The notes beneath the pieces are model-generated. The model was not told the origin of the DNA, ran no database searches, and worked only from the letters and a program-made list of their open reading frames with translations. From Thermoanaerobaculia bacterium (GTDB lineage Bacteria; Acidobacteriota; Thermoanaerobaculia; UBA5066), in NCBI GenBank assembly GCA_041482235.1, contig JBGPDK010000002.1, forward strand, positions 1 to 59,267: 59,267 nt of DNA, in the 5' to 3' direction. The position numbers and the translations under genes were made by a program. Shown one piece after another: positions 37,099 through 46,521 of the stretch (position 1 is its first letter; every line of letters starts with the position of its first letter).

Positions 37099-38396
37099 CC
37101 GGGCTCTCTTCGCTCCGATGCGTCGCCTGCTCGGCGACGTTTCCGCTCGCCGGGGTGCGCACGGCCTGCACGGCCTGCGGTGGCCTCCTCGACGTCATCT
37201 CGGACCTCCGCGCGTTCGGCCGCACCGGCGCGGCGTGGCAGGAGCTCTTCGACCGGCGGCGCGCGGCTTCGACGTCGGAGGCGACGCGGCCGTTCGAAAC
37301 GAGCGGCGTCTGGCGTTTCCGCGAGCACGTTCTCCCGGATCTTGCGGAGGGCGGCATCGTGAGCAAGCCCGAGGGCGCGACACGGCTCTACTCGGGCGGC
37401 GCGCTCGGCGAAGAGCTCTCTCTGGCCCGCCTCTTCGTGAAGCACGAGGGCGAGAATCCGACGCTGTCCTTTAAGGACCGCGGCATGACCGCGGGCGTTT
37501 CGTGGGCGCGCGCTTCGGGTTTCACGGCTGTCGCCTGCGCCTCGACCGGCGACACGTCCGCGGCGCTCGCCGCGTACGCCGCCGCGGTGCCCGGCATGCG
37601 AGCGGTCGTGCTCCTCCCCCACGCGAAGATCACGGACGAACAGCTCAGTCAGGCCCTCGCGTATGGGGCCACGACGCTCGGTCTCGACACGGACTTCGAC
37701 GGCTGCATGCGGCTCGTCGCCGAGCTGACCGCCGCGCGGCCCGTCCTCCTCCTGAACTCGAAGAACCCGGTGCGGATCGAGGGACAGAAGACCATCGGGT
37801 GGGAGGCCATTCAGGATCTCGGCTGGCGCGTGCCCGACTGGATCGTCGTGCCGGTCGGGAACGCGGGCAACCTCTCGGCGATCGGCAAGGGCCTGAGGGA
37901 GTGGCTCGAGCTCGGCGTGATCGGGAAGAAACCGCGCCTGGCGGGAATCCAGGCGTCGGCCGCGGATCCCTTCTACCAGTCGTTCCGGAATGGATTCACC
38001 GAGCGCGTGACCTGCGTCGCAGGCGATACGGCGGCTTCGGCGATCCGCATCGGCGCGCCCGTGTCACATCCCAAGGCCGAGCGCGAGATCCGGTTTTTCG
38101 ACGGCGTCGTGGAAAGCGTGACAGAGGCCGAGCTGCTCGACGCGTTCGCGCTCGCGAACCGCCACGGCCTTGCGATCTGCCCGAACTCGGCGGTCGCGCT
38201 CGCGGGTGCCGCGAAGCTCCGGCAGGCCGGCATGATCCGGCAGGACGACCTCGTCGTCGTCGTCGCGACCGCGCATGCGCTCAAGTTCTCGGGAACGATG
38301 TCCGCGTACCACTGCGGAGACGGCCGCCTCGCGAATCCTCCGCACCGCCTGCCGGCGACGCTCGACGCCATCCTCGAGGCGCTGGGGGAGAGCTAG
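37095..38396 (+). CDS. thrC: threonine synthase
   Basis: N-terminal Cys-rich zinc-ribbon-like LRCVACSATF...CTACGG, the PLP lysine block NPTLSFKDRGM and STGDTSAALAAYAA. GTGA overlap with thrB. Confidence 0.9.
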   Translation: MTGLSSLRCVACSATFPLAGVRTACTACGGLLDVISDLRAFGRTGAAWQELFDRRRAASTSEATRPFETSGVWRFREHVLPDLAEGGIVSKPEGATRLYSGGALGEELSLARLFVKHEGENPTLSFKDRGMTAGVSWARASGFTAVACASTGDTSAALAAYAAAVPGMRAVVLLPHAKITDEQLSQALAYGATTLGLDTDFDGCMRLVAELTAARPVLLLNSKNPVRIEGQKTIGWEAIQDLGWRVPDWIVVPVGNAGNLSAIGKGLREWLELGVIGKKPRLAGIQASAADPFYQSFRNGFTERVTCVAGDTAASAIRIGAPVSHPKAEREIRFFDGVVESVTEAELLDAFALANRHGLAICPNSAVALAGAAKLRQAGMIRQDDLVVVVATAHALKFSGTMSAYHCGDGRLANPPHRLPATLDAILEALGES

Positions 38397-39133
38397 CCGC
38401 CCGTCGGACCCTCGCCCTCGAAACTGCGGATGAGCATGAGGGTCGTCGTGCCGATCTCGAACTCCGTGCGGTTGTCGAGCTCGGCGCGGCCCACGCGCTG
38501 GTCGTTCACGTAGGTGCCGTTCGTGGAGTTGAGATCCGCGACGAAGACGTGCTCGTCCATGACCTCGATCGCCGCGTGCTGTCGCGAGCACTGGATGTCG
38601 GCGACGACGATGTCGGCGTTCGCGCGGCCGATCACGACGCGCGGCTTGTCGATCTCGAAGATCCGGCCCGAATCAGGGCCCGAGATGCAGGCGAGAGAGA
38701 GCCGCTGGTCGGCGGGCAGGCGCAGCGGGCGCGCCGTCTGCCGCGTCGCGCCTGCCACGGGCATGCGGTCGGTCGGGCCGGCGCGCGCCCCGATCGGACC
38801 CGTGGTTTCGCCCGAAGCCGGCGCCACGCTCGCCGTGCCCGGTGCTGCGGCGGCCATCGGCACCACGCGCGCGGGCGCCCCGGGAATCGCGGCCGGCGAG
38901 CTCCTGCGCTTGCGGGCCTCCGTGAGCGCGGTCTCGTCGAGTGAGAACTCGTCGGGCGAGGGGCCGGCCGCCGAACGCGGCGCCGAAACGTCGGGTGCGA
39001 GAGCCACGGCCGGATTGCGGATCTCGAACACGGTCGTGCACTTCGTGCACTTGATTCTCTTCGCCGTCGCGCTGCCGAAACGCGACTCGTCGTAATGGTA
39101 GCGAGCCTGGCACGACGAGCACTGGATGATCAC
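38393..39133 (-). CDS. zinc-ribbon (MJ0042-type) plus FHA domain protein
   Basis: N-terminal IIQCSSCQARYHYDE...IKCTKCTTVFEI, a Pro/Ala-rich linker and a C-terminal FHA block (VVIGRANADIVVADIQCSRQHAAIEV...FVADLNSTNGTYVN). GTG start at 39133. Confidence 0.75.
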   Translation of the reverse strand: MIIQCSSCQARYHYDESRFGSATAKRIKCTKCTTVFEIRNPAVALAPDVSAPRSAAGPSPDEFSLDETALTEARKRRSSPAAIPGAPARVVPMAAAAPGTASVAPASGETTGPIGARAGPTDRMPVAGATRQTARPLRLPADQRLSLACISGPDSGRIFEIDKPRVVIGRANADIVVADIQCSRQHAAIEVMDEHVFVADLNSTNGTYVNDQRVGRAELDNRTEFEIGTTTLMLIRSFEGEGPTGG

Positions 39134-39182
39134 GCGAAAGAACTCCCGTTTCGCGTCATTAGAGCCTGTCCCGCGTCGCCGA

Positions 39183-40352
39183 TCAAGCCCGTACGACCGC
39201 CCCGAAGCGCGCCACGACGCGCGGAACCACGTCGAGAAGCCGGTCGACGTCCTCCTCGCGCGAGGTCCGTCCGAAGGAGAATCGGAGAGTCGCGCGCGCG
39301 TCGGCGGGCGACAGGCCGAGAGCGAGGAGGACGCGGCTCGGGGAGGTCGTGCCCGCGTGGCAGGCGGAGCCCGCCGACACCGCGATCCCCTCGAGGTCGA
39401 GGGCCGCCACGAGCGTCTCGGCCTCCGTGCCGGGGAACAGCGCGGAGGTGGCGGTGGGAAGGCGGGAGCCGCCCGCCGCGTGAATTCTCGCGGCCGGGAT
39501 GCGGGAGAGGAGGCCGGCCTCGAACCGGTCACGGAGGGCCGTGAGACGCGCTGCCTCCGAGGAGAGTCGCGCCGACGCGAACCGGATGGCCGCGCCGAGG
39601 CCGACGATGGCCGGCACGTTCTCGGTCCCGCCCCGCCGTCCCCTTTCCTGTGCGCCTCCGGTGGCGACGGGCTGAAGCCGAACCCCTTTCCGCACGAAGA
39701 GGGCGCCGGCGCCCTTCGGGCCGCCAAACTTGTGCGCGGTGAGCGAGAGGAAATCGACGCCGAGCGCCCGCGCGTTCACCGGGATCTTTCCGACCGCCTG
39801 CACGGCGTCCGTATGGACGACGACCCCGGCCGCCCGGGAGAGCGCCGCGAATTCCGCGAGAGAGTCGAACACCGCTCCCGTCTCGTTGTTCGCGAGGATG
39901 GCGGACACCAGCGCCATGTGCCGGCCGAGGGAGGGGAAGGCGGCGGCTCGAGGCACGCCGCGAGCGTCCACGGGAATCTCCACCGGCTCGAATCCGTCCG
40001 GACGAAGCGAGAGCGCCGCCTGCCGGACGGCCTCGTGCTCGGCCGCTGTGAAGGAAACGCGCACGCGAGACGGTTCGACGTCGCGGGCCGCGCGCGCTCC
40101 TCCCCGAACGGCGAGGAGGTCGGCCTCGGTGCCTCCGGAAGTGAATACGATTTCCGCAGGCTCGGCGCCAAGAGCCCGCGCCACATCGGCACGAGCGGCT
40201 TCGACCGCCTCCCGCGCGGCCCGGCCCGGGCCGTGGGTGGAGGAGGGATTCGCGGCCAGGCCCTCGAGCCACGGTCGCATCGCCTCGAGCACTTCGGGGT
40301 CGAGGGGTGTCGTGGCATGGTGGTCGGCGTAGACGCGGGTGTCGGCGTGCAA
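39183..40352 (-). CDS. cysteine desulfurase (NifS/IscS-like)
   Basis: VYADHHATTPLDPEV N-terminus, the PLP lysine block LSLTAHKFGGPKGAGALF and the active-site loop SAGSACHAG. Confidence 0.85.
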   Translation of the reverse strand: MHADTRVYADHHATTPLDPEVLEAMRPWLEGLAANPSSTHGPGRAAREAVEAARADVARALGAEPAEIVFTSGGTEADLLAVRGGARAARDVEPSRVRVSFTAAEHEAVRQAALSLRPDGFEPVEIPVDARGVPRAAAFPSLGRHMALVSAILANNETGAVFDSLAEFAALSRAAGVVVHTDAVQAVGKIPVNARALGVDFLSLTAHKFGGPKGAGALFVRKGVRLQPVATGGAQERGRRGGTENVPAIVGLGAAIRFASARLSSEAARLTALRDRFEAGLLSRIPAARIHAAGGSRLPTATSALFPGTEAETLVAALDLEGIAVSAGSACHAGTTSPSRVLLALGLSPADARATLRFSFGRTSREEDVDRLLDVVPRVVARFGAVVRA

Positions 40353-40522
40353 GAAACCGGACCTCCGAACGGCGGATTGTAGGGGTGTCCGCCGCCGGAA
40401 AACCCAAGACTCAGGCCCTCGTACGTATTAGAGGACGTTGAGACGTGGAATCTGTCTTGCGAGCGATTTCCCAGCGGAGGCCCCGCGAGGGAGAATCGGA
40501 GCCGCTGCGGGAGGTTGCGAGG

Positions 40523-43500
40523 ATGCGGTCGGGCTGGTCGTTCGTGCGAGTCATCGCCCTCCTGGCCGCCGCCCGGGCCGGCGCCGACACTCCGGCCGCC
40601 TCTCCGTCGCCGGTGCCCGCGCTCCCGACCCCGCCGCCGCTCGTGGCGGTGAACCCGCCCGCCCCCGTGCCGCAGGCCGCTCGCGGCCCCGAGGCGCTCA
40701 GGCTCTTCGGGCGTCTCGACGACGACCGCTCGGCGGTGTTCATCGCATCGGGACCACCCGATGCCCGTGTCACGGTGCATTGCCCGGACACCTTCCGGAC
40801 TCTCGAAATCTGGACCTATCTCCAGCACCCCACGCTCGGGGCGAACGCGCGCATCCTCTTCTACCCTGAATCGCCCACGGGCTCGTACCGCTATTGGACC
40901 GTGCTCGAAGGCGAGCCGGTGCTGCTGGGGCCGTCCGCGAAGGGGACTCTCTCGGCGATCGAGGCCGATCGCGGGGCGTGCGCGGATACGCTTCTCGTCG
41001 TCTCCGCGGTCAAGGACATCGCGCGGCGCCAGGGCGACAACAACGGCGGGCTCGCCGAGCGCGGCGCGCTCGCGGTGCCGCACCTGCTGCCGCCCGCGGG
41101 CGCGAAGCCGGAGGCGCCGCCGGCTCAGCTCGTTTCGAACAAGCCGCTCGCGGGCAAGGAGCGCAAGAAGCTGCTGGCCGACCTGCCGGAGAAGTACCGG
41201 CAATTCCTCACGGACGTCGAGCCGATCATCACGGAGGTCGAGCGCGACACGCTGCTGAAGCTGGGAGAGGACTATCAGCGCGAGCATTTCATCGACGACT
41301 TCTGGAAGCGCCGCTCGCTCGCGCCGGACGGCATGCGCATCGCTTTCCGCGACATCTACGAGCTGCGCCTTCAGCAGGTCAAGGAGCACTTCCGCAACGT
41401 GAATACGGACCAGGGGCGCATCTACCTCGTGAACGGCCCGCCGGACGGCGTCCGCAAGATCGACTGCCAGGACGTCTATTGGCCGATCCAGCTCTGGTAC
41501 TACGAGCGGCTCGAGTCGCTTCGCCTCTCGAAGGTCGTTCTCCTCTTCTACCAGCCGTTCGGGGCGGGCGACTACCGCCTGTGGACGCCGCTCGACGGGC
41601 CGCAGGCAATCGTCGCCGGCGGCCTTCCGGGCGCGTTCGGCGCCGGCGCGGCCCGCCGTGTGGACTTCAACCGCTGCCCGGAGGTGCGGGAGGTGCAGGG
41701 CGCGCTCAACTCCGTTGCGGCGACGTTCGGGCAGGCGGGTGCGCTGAAGCTGGCCGACGACATCCGCCAGGGACCGAAGCCCGACGTCGAAGGCGCGGAC
41801 CGCATCCTCCAGATGACAACGGACATCCAGACGGGCACGGCGGCGCTTCCGGTGCAGCGTGTATTCCGCTTCCCGGAGGCGGTCGGCAGCCGGATCCGCA
41901 TGGAGCTTGCGGTGCTTCTCGAGCGCGAGTCGCTCACGAAGAAGCAGATCGGCGAGGAGACGTTTTTCGACGTCGACGTCGTCGGCGAGGTCGTACGCGA
42001 CGGCCGCCTCATCGACAACTTCCGCTACAGGTTCGACTTCCCCACGTCCACGGTGAGCGGCCCGTTCGTCCCGCTCACGGTCGAGCGCGACCTCTACCCG
42101 GGCGAATACCGCTTGAAAGTGAAGGTCTCCGACGCGAACCGCAACGCCGCGGCTCTCATCAGCGAAAAGCTCAAGGTGCCCGACACGCCCGATGCCGTGA
42201 TTTCGCCCGAGGAGAAGACCGCGCGCGAGGCGGCCCGCAAGGCCGTGACCGAGCTCGTCGAGAACAGCGGCCCGAAGAGCTCGCTCTCGCTGATCCCGAT
42301 CGCCCGCGAGATCGCGACGGGCCTCATCCGGTTCGAGACGCGCGCGTCGTCGAACGACATCTCGTTCACCGAGTTCTACCTGAACAACACGCGGATCGTG
42401 ACGAAACGGCGGCCCCCGTTCGCGGCGGACCTCGACCTCGGCGAGCTGCCGCGCAAGCACGTCGTGAAGGTGATCGGCTACACGAAGGACGGGAAGCCCA
42501 TCGCGCAGGACGAGGTCACTCTCAACGAGGGGCGCGAGGCCTTCCGTCTGCGCATCATGCAGCCCGCGAAGGGCGTGAAGCTCGAGGGCGCGACGCGCAT
42601 CGTGGCCGACATCGCGGTGCCGGAGACGAAGCGGCTCAAACAGGTGGAGTTCTACGTCAACGACCGGCGTGCCGCGGTCCTCTACCAGGAGCCTTTCCAG
42701 CAGGTCGTGGACGTGCCGCGGAGCCAGGAGCTCGGTTTCCTGCGCGCCGTCGCGACGCTCGACGACGGCTCGGCGACGGAGGACGTGCGGTACTACAACG
42801 CGCCGAAGTACCTCTCCGAGGAGAACGTCAAGGCCATCGAGCTCTACACGAGCGTCTTCGCCAAGGGCCGGCCCGTCGCGGGCCTCGCGAAGGAGAATTT
42901 CTCGGTTCTCGAGGACAACGTGCCGCAGACGCTCGACGGCTTCGAGGTCGTGACGAACCTGCCGCTCTCGCTCGGCATCGGCGTGGACACGTCCGGCTCG
43001 ATGGAGGAGTCCATCGTCGAGGCGCAGAAGGCGGCCGTGGAGTTCCTCAAGGACGTCATGACGAAGCGCGACCGCTGCTTTCTCGTGACCTTCGACAACG
43101 AGCCCCAGCTCGTCTCCCGCTTCACGACGGATCGCGACCGGCTCGGACAGGCGCTCGCGGGCCTCCGCGCCCAGGGCTCCACGGCGCTGTGGGACGCGCT
43201 CGTGTACGGCCTCTATCAGTACCAGGGCACCCGAGGCCGCAAGGCGTACGTCATCCTGACCGATGGCGAGGACCGCGCCTCACATTTCACGTTCGAGGCC
43301 GCGCTCGACTACGCGAAGAAGACGGGCGTCGCCGTCTACTTCATCGGACTGAGGATCGGCTCGACGCAGCTCGAGGTGAGGCACAAGCTCAATCGCGTCG
43401 CGAAGGAGACGGGCGGCACCGTCTATCACGTCGACTCCGCGAAAAACCTCGGAAAAATCTACGCCGAGATCAACGAGGAGCTGCGCAGCCAGTACCTCCT

Positions 43501-43609
43501 TTCGTTCGTGCCCCAGAACAAGTCCGTGTCGAACCAGTGGCGGAAGATCGAGGTGAAGATGACGCCCTCGAACCTCTCCGCCCGGACGATCAGCGGCTAC
43601 TATCCATAG
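40523..43609 (+). CDS. large secreted VWA domain protein with a GWxTD-like N-terminal domain
   Basis: Signal peptide MRSGWSFVRVIALLAAARAGA. FWKRRS...NTDQGRIYLVNGPPD...QLWYYE resembles GWxTD domains. C-terminal VWA with MIDAS residues (GVDTSGSM ... ILTDGED). An ATG at 40445 is an alternative start. Confidence 0.7.
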   Translation: MRSGWSFVRVIALLAAARAGADTPAASPSPVPALPTPPPLVAVNPPAPVPQAARGPEALRLFGRLDDDRSAVFIASGPPDARVTVHCPDTFRTLEIWTYLQHPTLGANARILFYPESPTGSYRYWTVLEGEPVLLGPSAKGTLSAIEADRGACADTLLVVSAVKDIARRQGDNNGGLAERGALAVPHLLPPAGAKPEAPPAQLVSNKPLAGKERKKLLADLPEKYRQFLTDVEPIITEVERDTLLKLGEDYQREHFIDDFWKRRSLAPDGMRIAFRDIYELRLQQVKEHFRNVNTDQGRIYLVNGPPDGVRKIDCQDVYWPIQLWYYERLESLRLSKVVLLFYQPFGAGDYRLWTPLDGPQAIVAGGLPGAFGAGAARRVDFNRCPEVREVQGALNSVAATFGQAGALKLADDIRQGPKPDVEGADRILQMTTDIQTGTAALPVQRVFRFPEAVGSRIRMELAVLLERESLTKKQIGEETFFDVDVVGEVVRDGRLIDNFRYRFDFPTSTVSGPFVPLTVERDLYPGEYRLKVKVSDANRNAAALISEKLKVPDTPDAVISPEEKTAREAARKAVTELVENSGPKSSLSLIPIAREIATGLIRFETRASSNDISFTEFYLNNTRIVTKRRPPFAADLDLGELPRKHVVKVIGYTKDGKPIAQDEVTLNEGREAFRLRIMQPAKGVKLEGATRIVADIAVPETKRLKQVEFYVNDRRAAVLYQEPFQQVVDVPRSQELGFLRAVATLDDGSATEDVRYYNAPKYLSEENVKAIELYTSVFAKGRPVAGLAKENFSVLEDNVPQTLDGFEVVTNLPLSLGIGVDTSGSMEESIVEAQKAAVEFLKDVMTKRDRCFLVTFDNEPQLVSRFTTDRDRLGQALAGLRAQGSTALWDALVYGLYQYQGTRGRKAYVILTDGEDRASHFTFEAALDYAKKTGVAVYFIGLRIGSTQLEVRHKLNRVAKETGGTVYHVDSAKNLGKIYAEINEELRSQYLLSFVPQNKSVSNQWRKIEVKMTPSNLSARTISGYYP

Positions 43610-43627
43610 GCCGTATCCTCGGCGGCC

Positions 43628-44209
43628 GTGACGCCGCCGATCCTCCTCGCCTCCTCTTCCCCCCGCCGCCGCGAGATCCTCGCGTCTCTGGGTCTGACAT
43701 TTACCGTGCGCGCCTCGAACGTCGACGAGTCGCTCCTCCCGGGCGAGGGCGCCTTCGACGCGGCCGAGCGCCTCGCGCGCGCGAAAGCCGGCGAGGCGGC
43801 CGCGGGCGCGCCCGACGTCCTCGTCGTCGCAGCCGACACGCTCGTGGTCCTCGAAGGCGTCGCGCTCGGAAAGCCGAGAGACCGCGCCGACGCCCAGCGG
43901 ATGCTCGGCGCGCTCGCCGGGCGCGCACACGACGTCGTGACGGGTGTGGCCTGCGCGCTCGGCGGCCGGATCGTCTCGGGCCGCGAGACGACGCGCGTCG
44001 TCTTCGCGGCGATGTCGGGCGCCGAGATCGCGGCGTACGCCGCGACGGGGGAGCCCGACGACAAGGCGGGCGCGTACGCCATGCAGGGAGTCGGAGGCTT
44101 CTTCGTCGAGCGCGTGGAGGGAAGCCCGTCGAACGTCGTGGGCCTTCCGGTGCGGCTCCTCTACAGGCTCGCGTCGCGGCTCGGGGTGAATCTCGCGGTC
44201 AGACCCTGA
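43628..44209 (+). CDS. maf: Maf family nucleoside triphosphate pyrophosphatase
   Basis: ILLASSSPRRREIL, KAGAYAMQG and GSPSNVVGLP blocks. GTG start. Confidence 0.85.
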   Translation: MTPPILLASSSPRRREILASLGLTFTVRASNVDESLLPGEGAFDAAERLARAKAGEAAAGAPDVLVVAADTLVVLEGVALGKPRDRADAQRMLGALAGRAHDVVTGVACALGGRIVSGRETTRVVFAAMSGAEIAAYAATGEPDDKAGAYAMQGVGGFFVERVEGSPSNVVGLPVRLLYRLASRLGVNLAVRP

Positions 44210-44693
44210 TCGCGGGAAACTCGCCGGTCGTGTCCCGCGCCGCGGCGCGCGCGTTCTGGAGCACGCCCGCGAACACGAGGTTGCCTCTGAGGGTCGCTGC
44301 GCCCGCGCGGACCTTGAGCGGGCGCGCCACGGGCCCTTTCCCCTCGCCCCACGGCCCGAACGTCTCGCCGATGCGCGCCACCATCAGTTTGCAGGCTTCG
44401 AGGTCCGCCTCGACGAGGAGCGCGAGGAACTCGTCGTCCTCCCAGCGAAAGAGGTAGTCCGTCGAGCGGAGGTCCGCGAGAAGCGTGTTCGCGATCGTTC
44501 GCACGATGCCGTTGACGGTGTCGGCCGGTTCCTCGCGCACGAAAGGGGCCCAGTTCACGAGGACGACGGAAAGCACGGATAGCGCGACGTTGTATCGCTG
44601 CGCCCTTTCCAGCTCGCGCTCGATCATCTCGTCGAAGAAAGCCCGGCTGTACGCCCCCGACCGGGTATCCCGGATGAGAAGCTGAGGGACCAT
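44199..44693 (-). CDS. stand-alone GGDEF-like domain protein with a degenerate active site
   Basis: DTRSGAYSRAFFDEMIERELERAQRY resembles the start of a GGDEF domain, and the GG(D/E)EF position reads WEDDEF. There is no sensor domain. Converges on maf with an 11-nt overlap. Confidence 0.6.
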   Translation of the reverse strand: MVPQLLIRDTRSGAYSRAFFDEMIERELERAQRYNVALSVLSVVLVNWAPFVREEPADTVNGIVRTIANTLLADLRSTDYLFRWEDDEFLALLVEADLEACKLMVARIGETFGPWGEGKGPVARPLKVRAGAATLRGNLVFAGVLQNARAAARDTTGEFPAIRV

Positions 44694-44772
44694 GACGGCA
44701 TCCTACCAAGGCGGGGCCCCGGAGCCGGTGAAGTTTCCTCGCCGGCCCGGTCTGTCGTAGTCTGAACGAAGC

Positions 44773-46521
44773 ATGACGATGCCTGAGAAGCCCGCGCCCC
44801 TCCCGCTCGCCGAGTTCGTCGCCGCCGCCCGCGGCGCCGTTCCGGCCGATCTCGTCCTCAAGGGAGCCCGCATCGTCAACGTGCTCACGGGCGAGATCCA
44901 CGACGGGACGGTAGGCGTGAAGGGCGACCGGATCCTCGGGTTCGGCGACTATCGCGCGGCGCGAAAGGACGACGAGATCGACCTCAAGGGCTCTTACATC
45001 GCTCCCGCGCTCTGGGACGCGCATCTGCACGTCGAGTCCACCATGACGACGCCGGCCACGTTCGCGCGCCTCGCCGCCGCGCACGGCACGGCGGCGGTGG
45101 TCACCGATCCGCACGAGATCGCCAACGTGAGGGGCGTTCCGGGGATCCGGGCCTTCCTCGAGGCCGCGGCGGGCCTTCCCGTCGACGTTTTCGTCATGCT
45201 GCCGTCGTGCGTGCCGTCCACGCACCTCGAAACGGCGGGCGCCGTGCTTTCGGCGTCCGACCTCGCCCCGCTCTACGGTCTCCCGAACGTCCTCGGCCTC
45301 GCCGAGATGATGAACGTGCCCGGCTTCCTCCTCGGCGACCCCGGCGTCGCCGCGAAAATCGAGGACGCGCGCCGCCGCCGGGTCCCCATCGACGGCCACT
45401 CGCCGCTCCTCTCCGGGCTCGACCTGAACGCGTACATCGGCGCCGGCATCCGCTCCGACCACGAGTGCCTCTCGCGCGCCGAAGCGCACGAGAAGGTGCG
45501 CCGCGGCATGGACATCTGGATTCGCGAGGGCACGGCGGCGAAGAACCTCGACGACCTCCTGCCGCTCGTGAGCCCCTCGAACTCCGAGCGCTTCGCTTTC
45601 GCGACCGACGACCGGCACCCGTGGGACCTCCTCGCGCACGGGCACCTCGACCACCACGTGCGCCGGTCCATCGCGCTCGGCCTCGACCCGGTGATCGCGA
45701 TCCGTCTCGCCTCCTGGTCGTGCGCGCGCCACTACGGTTTCACCGACCGCGGCGCGGTCGCGCCCGGCTTCCGGGCCGACCTCCTGACGTTCGAGCGGCT
45801 GGACGACTTCCGGCCGGATCTCGTCGTGCTTGGCGGGCGGCGCGTCGCGAAGGGCGGCCGCCTCCTCGAGGAGATCCCGGGCGCGCCGATGGAAGCGGGG
45901 CCCGGATTCCGGCTCGAAGGCTTCGACCGCTCGCGCCTCCGCCTCCCGGCGTCCGAAGGCGCCTCGCTGCGCGTCATCGAGGTGCGCGCGGGGTCGCTCG
46001 CGACGGGCGCGTCGACGGAGCCCGCCCGGGTCGTGGACGGGGCCGCCGCGGCGGACGTCTCGCGCGACCTCCTGAAGCTCGCCGTCGTCGAGCGGCACCG
46101 GGGCACGGGCAACGTCGGCGTCGCCTTTGCGCGCGGCTTCGGCCTGAAGCGCGGCGCCATCGCGTCGTCGGTCGCGCACGATTCGCACAACGTCGTCGTC
46201 GTGGGCGCCGACGACGCCTCGATGGAGACGGCCGTGCGCCGCGTCGCGGCGATCGGCGGCGGCGTCGTCGTGGCCGAAGGCGCCGAGGCCCTCGCCGAGG
46301 TCGCCCTGCCGGTGGCGGGCCTCATGTCGAACGCGCCGATGGCGGACGTGGACGCCGCCGAGCGGCGGGCGAACGAGGCCGCGCGCGCGCTCGGGGGCAC
46401 GATGGATCATCCCTTCATGACGCTCGCGTTCCTTGCGCTGCCCGTCATCCCCGAGCTGAAGCTCACGGACCGCGGTCTCGTCGATGTCGGCAAGTTCGAC
46501 TTCGTGAGCCCCGTCGCGTGA
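44773..46521 (+). CDS. ade: adenine deaminase
   Basis: 582 aa amidohydrolase with WDAHLHVESTM, TDPHEIANV, IDGHSP and SVAHDSHNVVVVG blocks. Confidence 0.85.
   Translation: MTMPEKPAPLPLAEFVAAARGAVPADLVLKGARIVNVLTGEIHDGTVGVKGDRILGFGDYRAARKDDEIDLKGSYIAPALWDAHLHVESTMTTPATFARLAAAHGTAAVVTDPHEIANVRGVPGIRAFLEAAAGLPVDVFVMLPSCVPSTHLETAGAVLSASDLAPLYGLPNVLGLAEMMNVPGFLLGDPGVAAKIEDARRRRVPIDGHSPLLSGLDLNAYIGAGIRSDHECLSRAEAHEKVRRGMDIWIREGTAAKNLDDLLPLVSPSNSERFAFATDDRHPWDLLAHGHLDHHVRRSIALGLDPVIAIRLASWSCARHYGFTDRGAVAPGFRADLLTFERLDDFRPDLVVLGGRRVAKGGRLLEEIPGAPMEAGPGFRLEGFDRSRLRLPASEGASLRVIEVRAGSLATGASTEPARVVDGAAAADVSRDLLKLAVVERHRGTGNVGVAFARGFGLKRGAIASSVAHDSHNVVVVGADDASMETAVRRVAAIGGGVVVAEGAEALAEVALPVAGLMSNAPMADVDAAERRANEAARALGGTMDHPFMTLAFLALPVIPELKLTDRGLVDVGKFDFVSPVA

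Noticed and set aside
495-44457. Many very long ORFs in the track lie antisense to, or out of frame with, recognisable genes. Examples: 495..1808(-), 3402..4628(-), 7566..9668(-), 9674..11647(-), 12646..14496(-), 14992..16428(-), 17827..20733(+), 28120..32310(+), 39776..42460(-), 40894..44457(+), 44161..46410(-), 45207..47489(+, 5' part) and 57816..59096(-).
   Set aside because: Their translations are Arg/Ala/Gly/Pro-rich low complexity with no family signatures. Each overlaps a gene with clear conserved motifs on the other strand or frame. Stop-poor alternative frames are expected in DNA this GC-rich.
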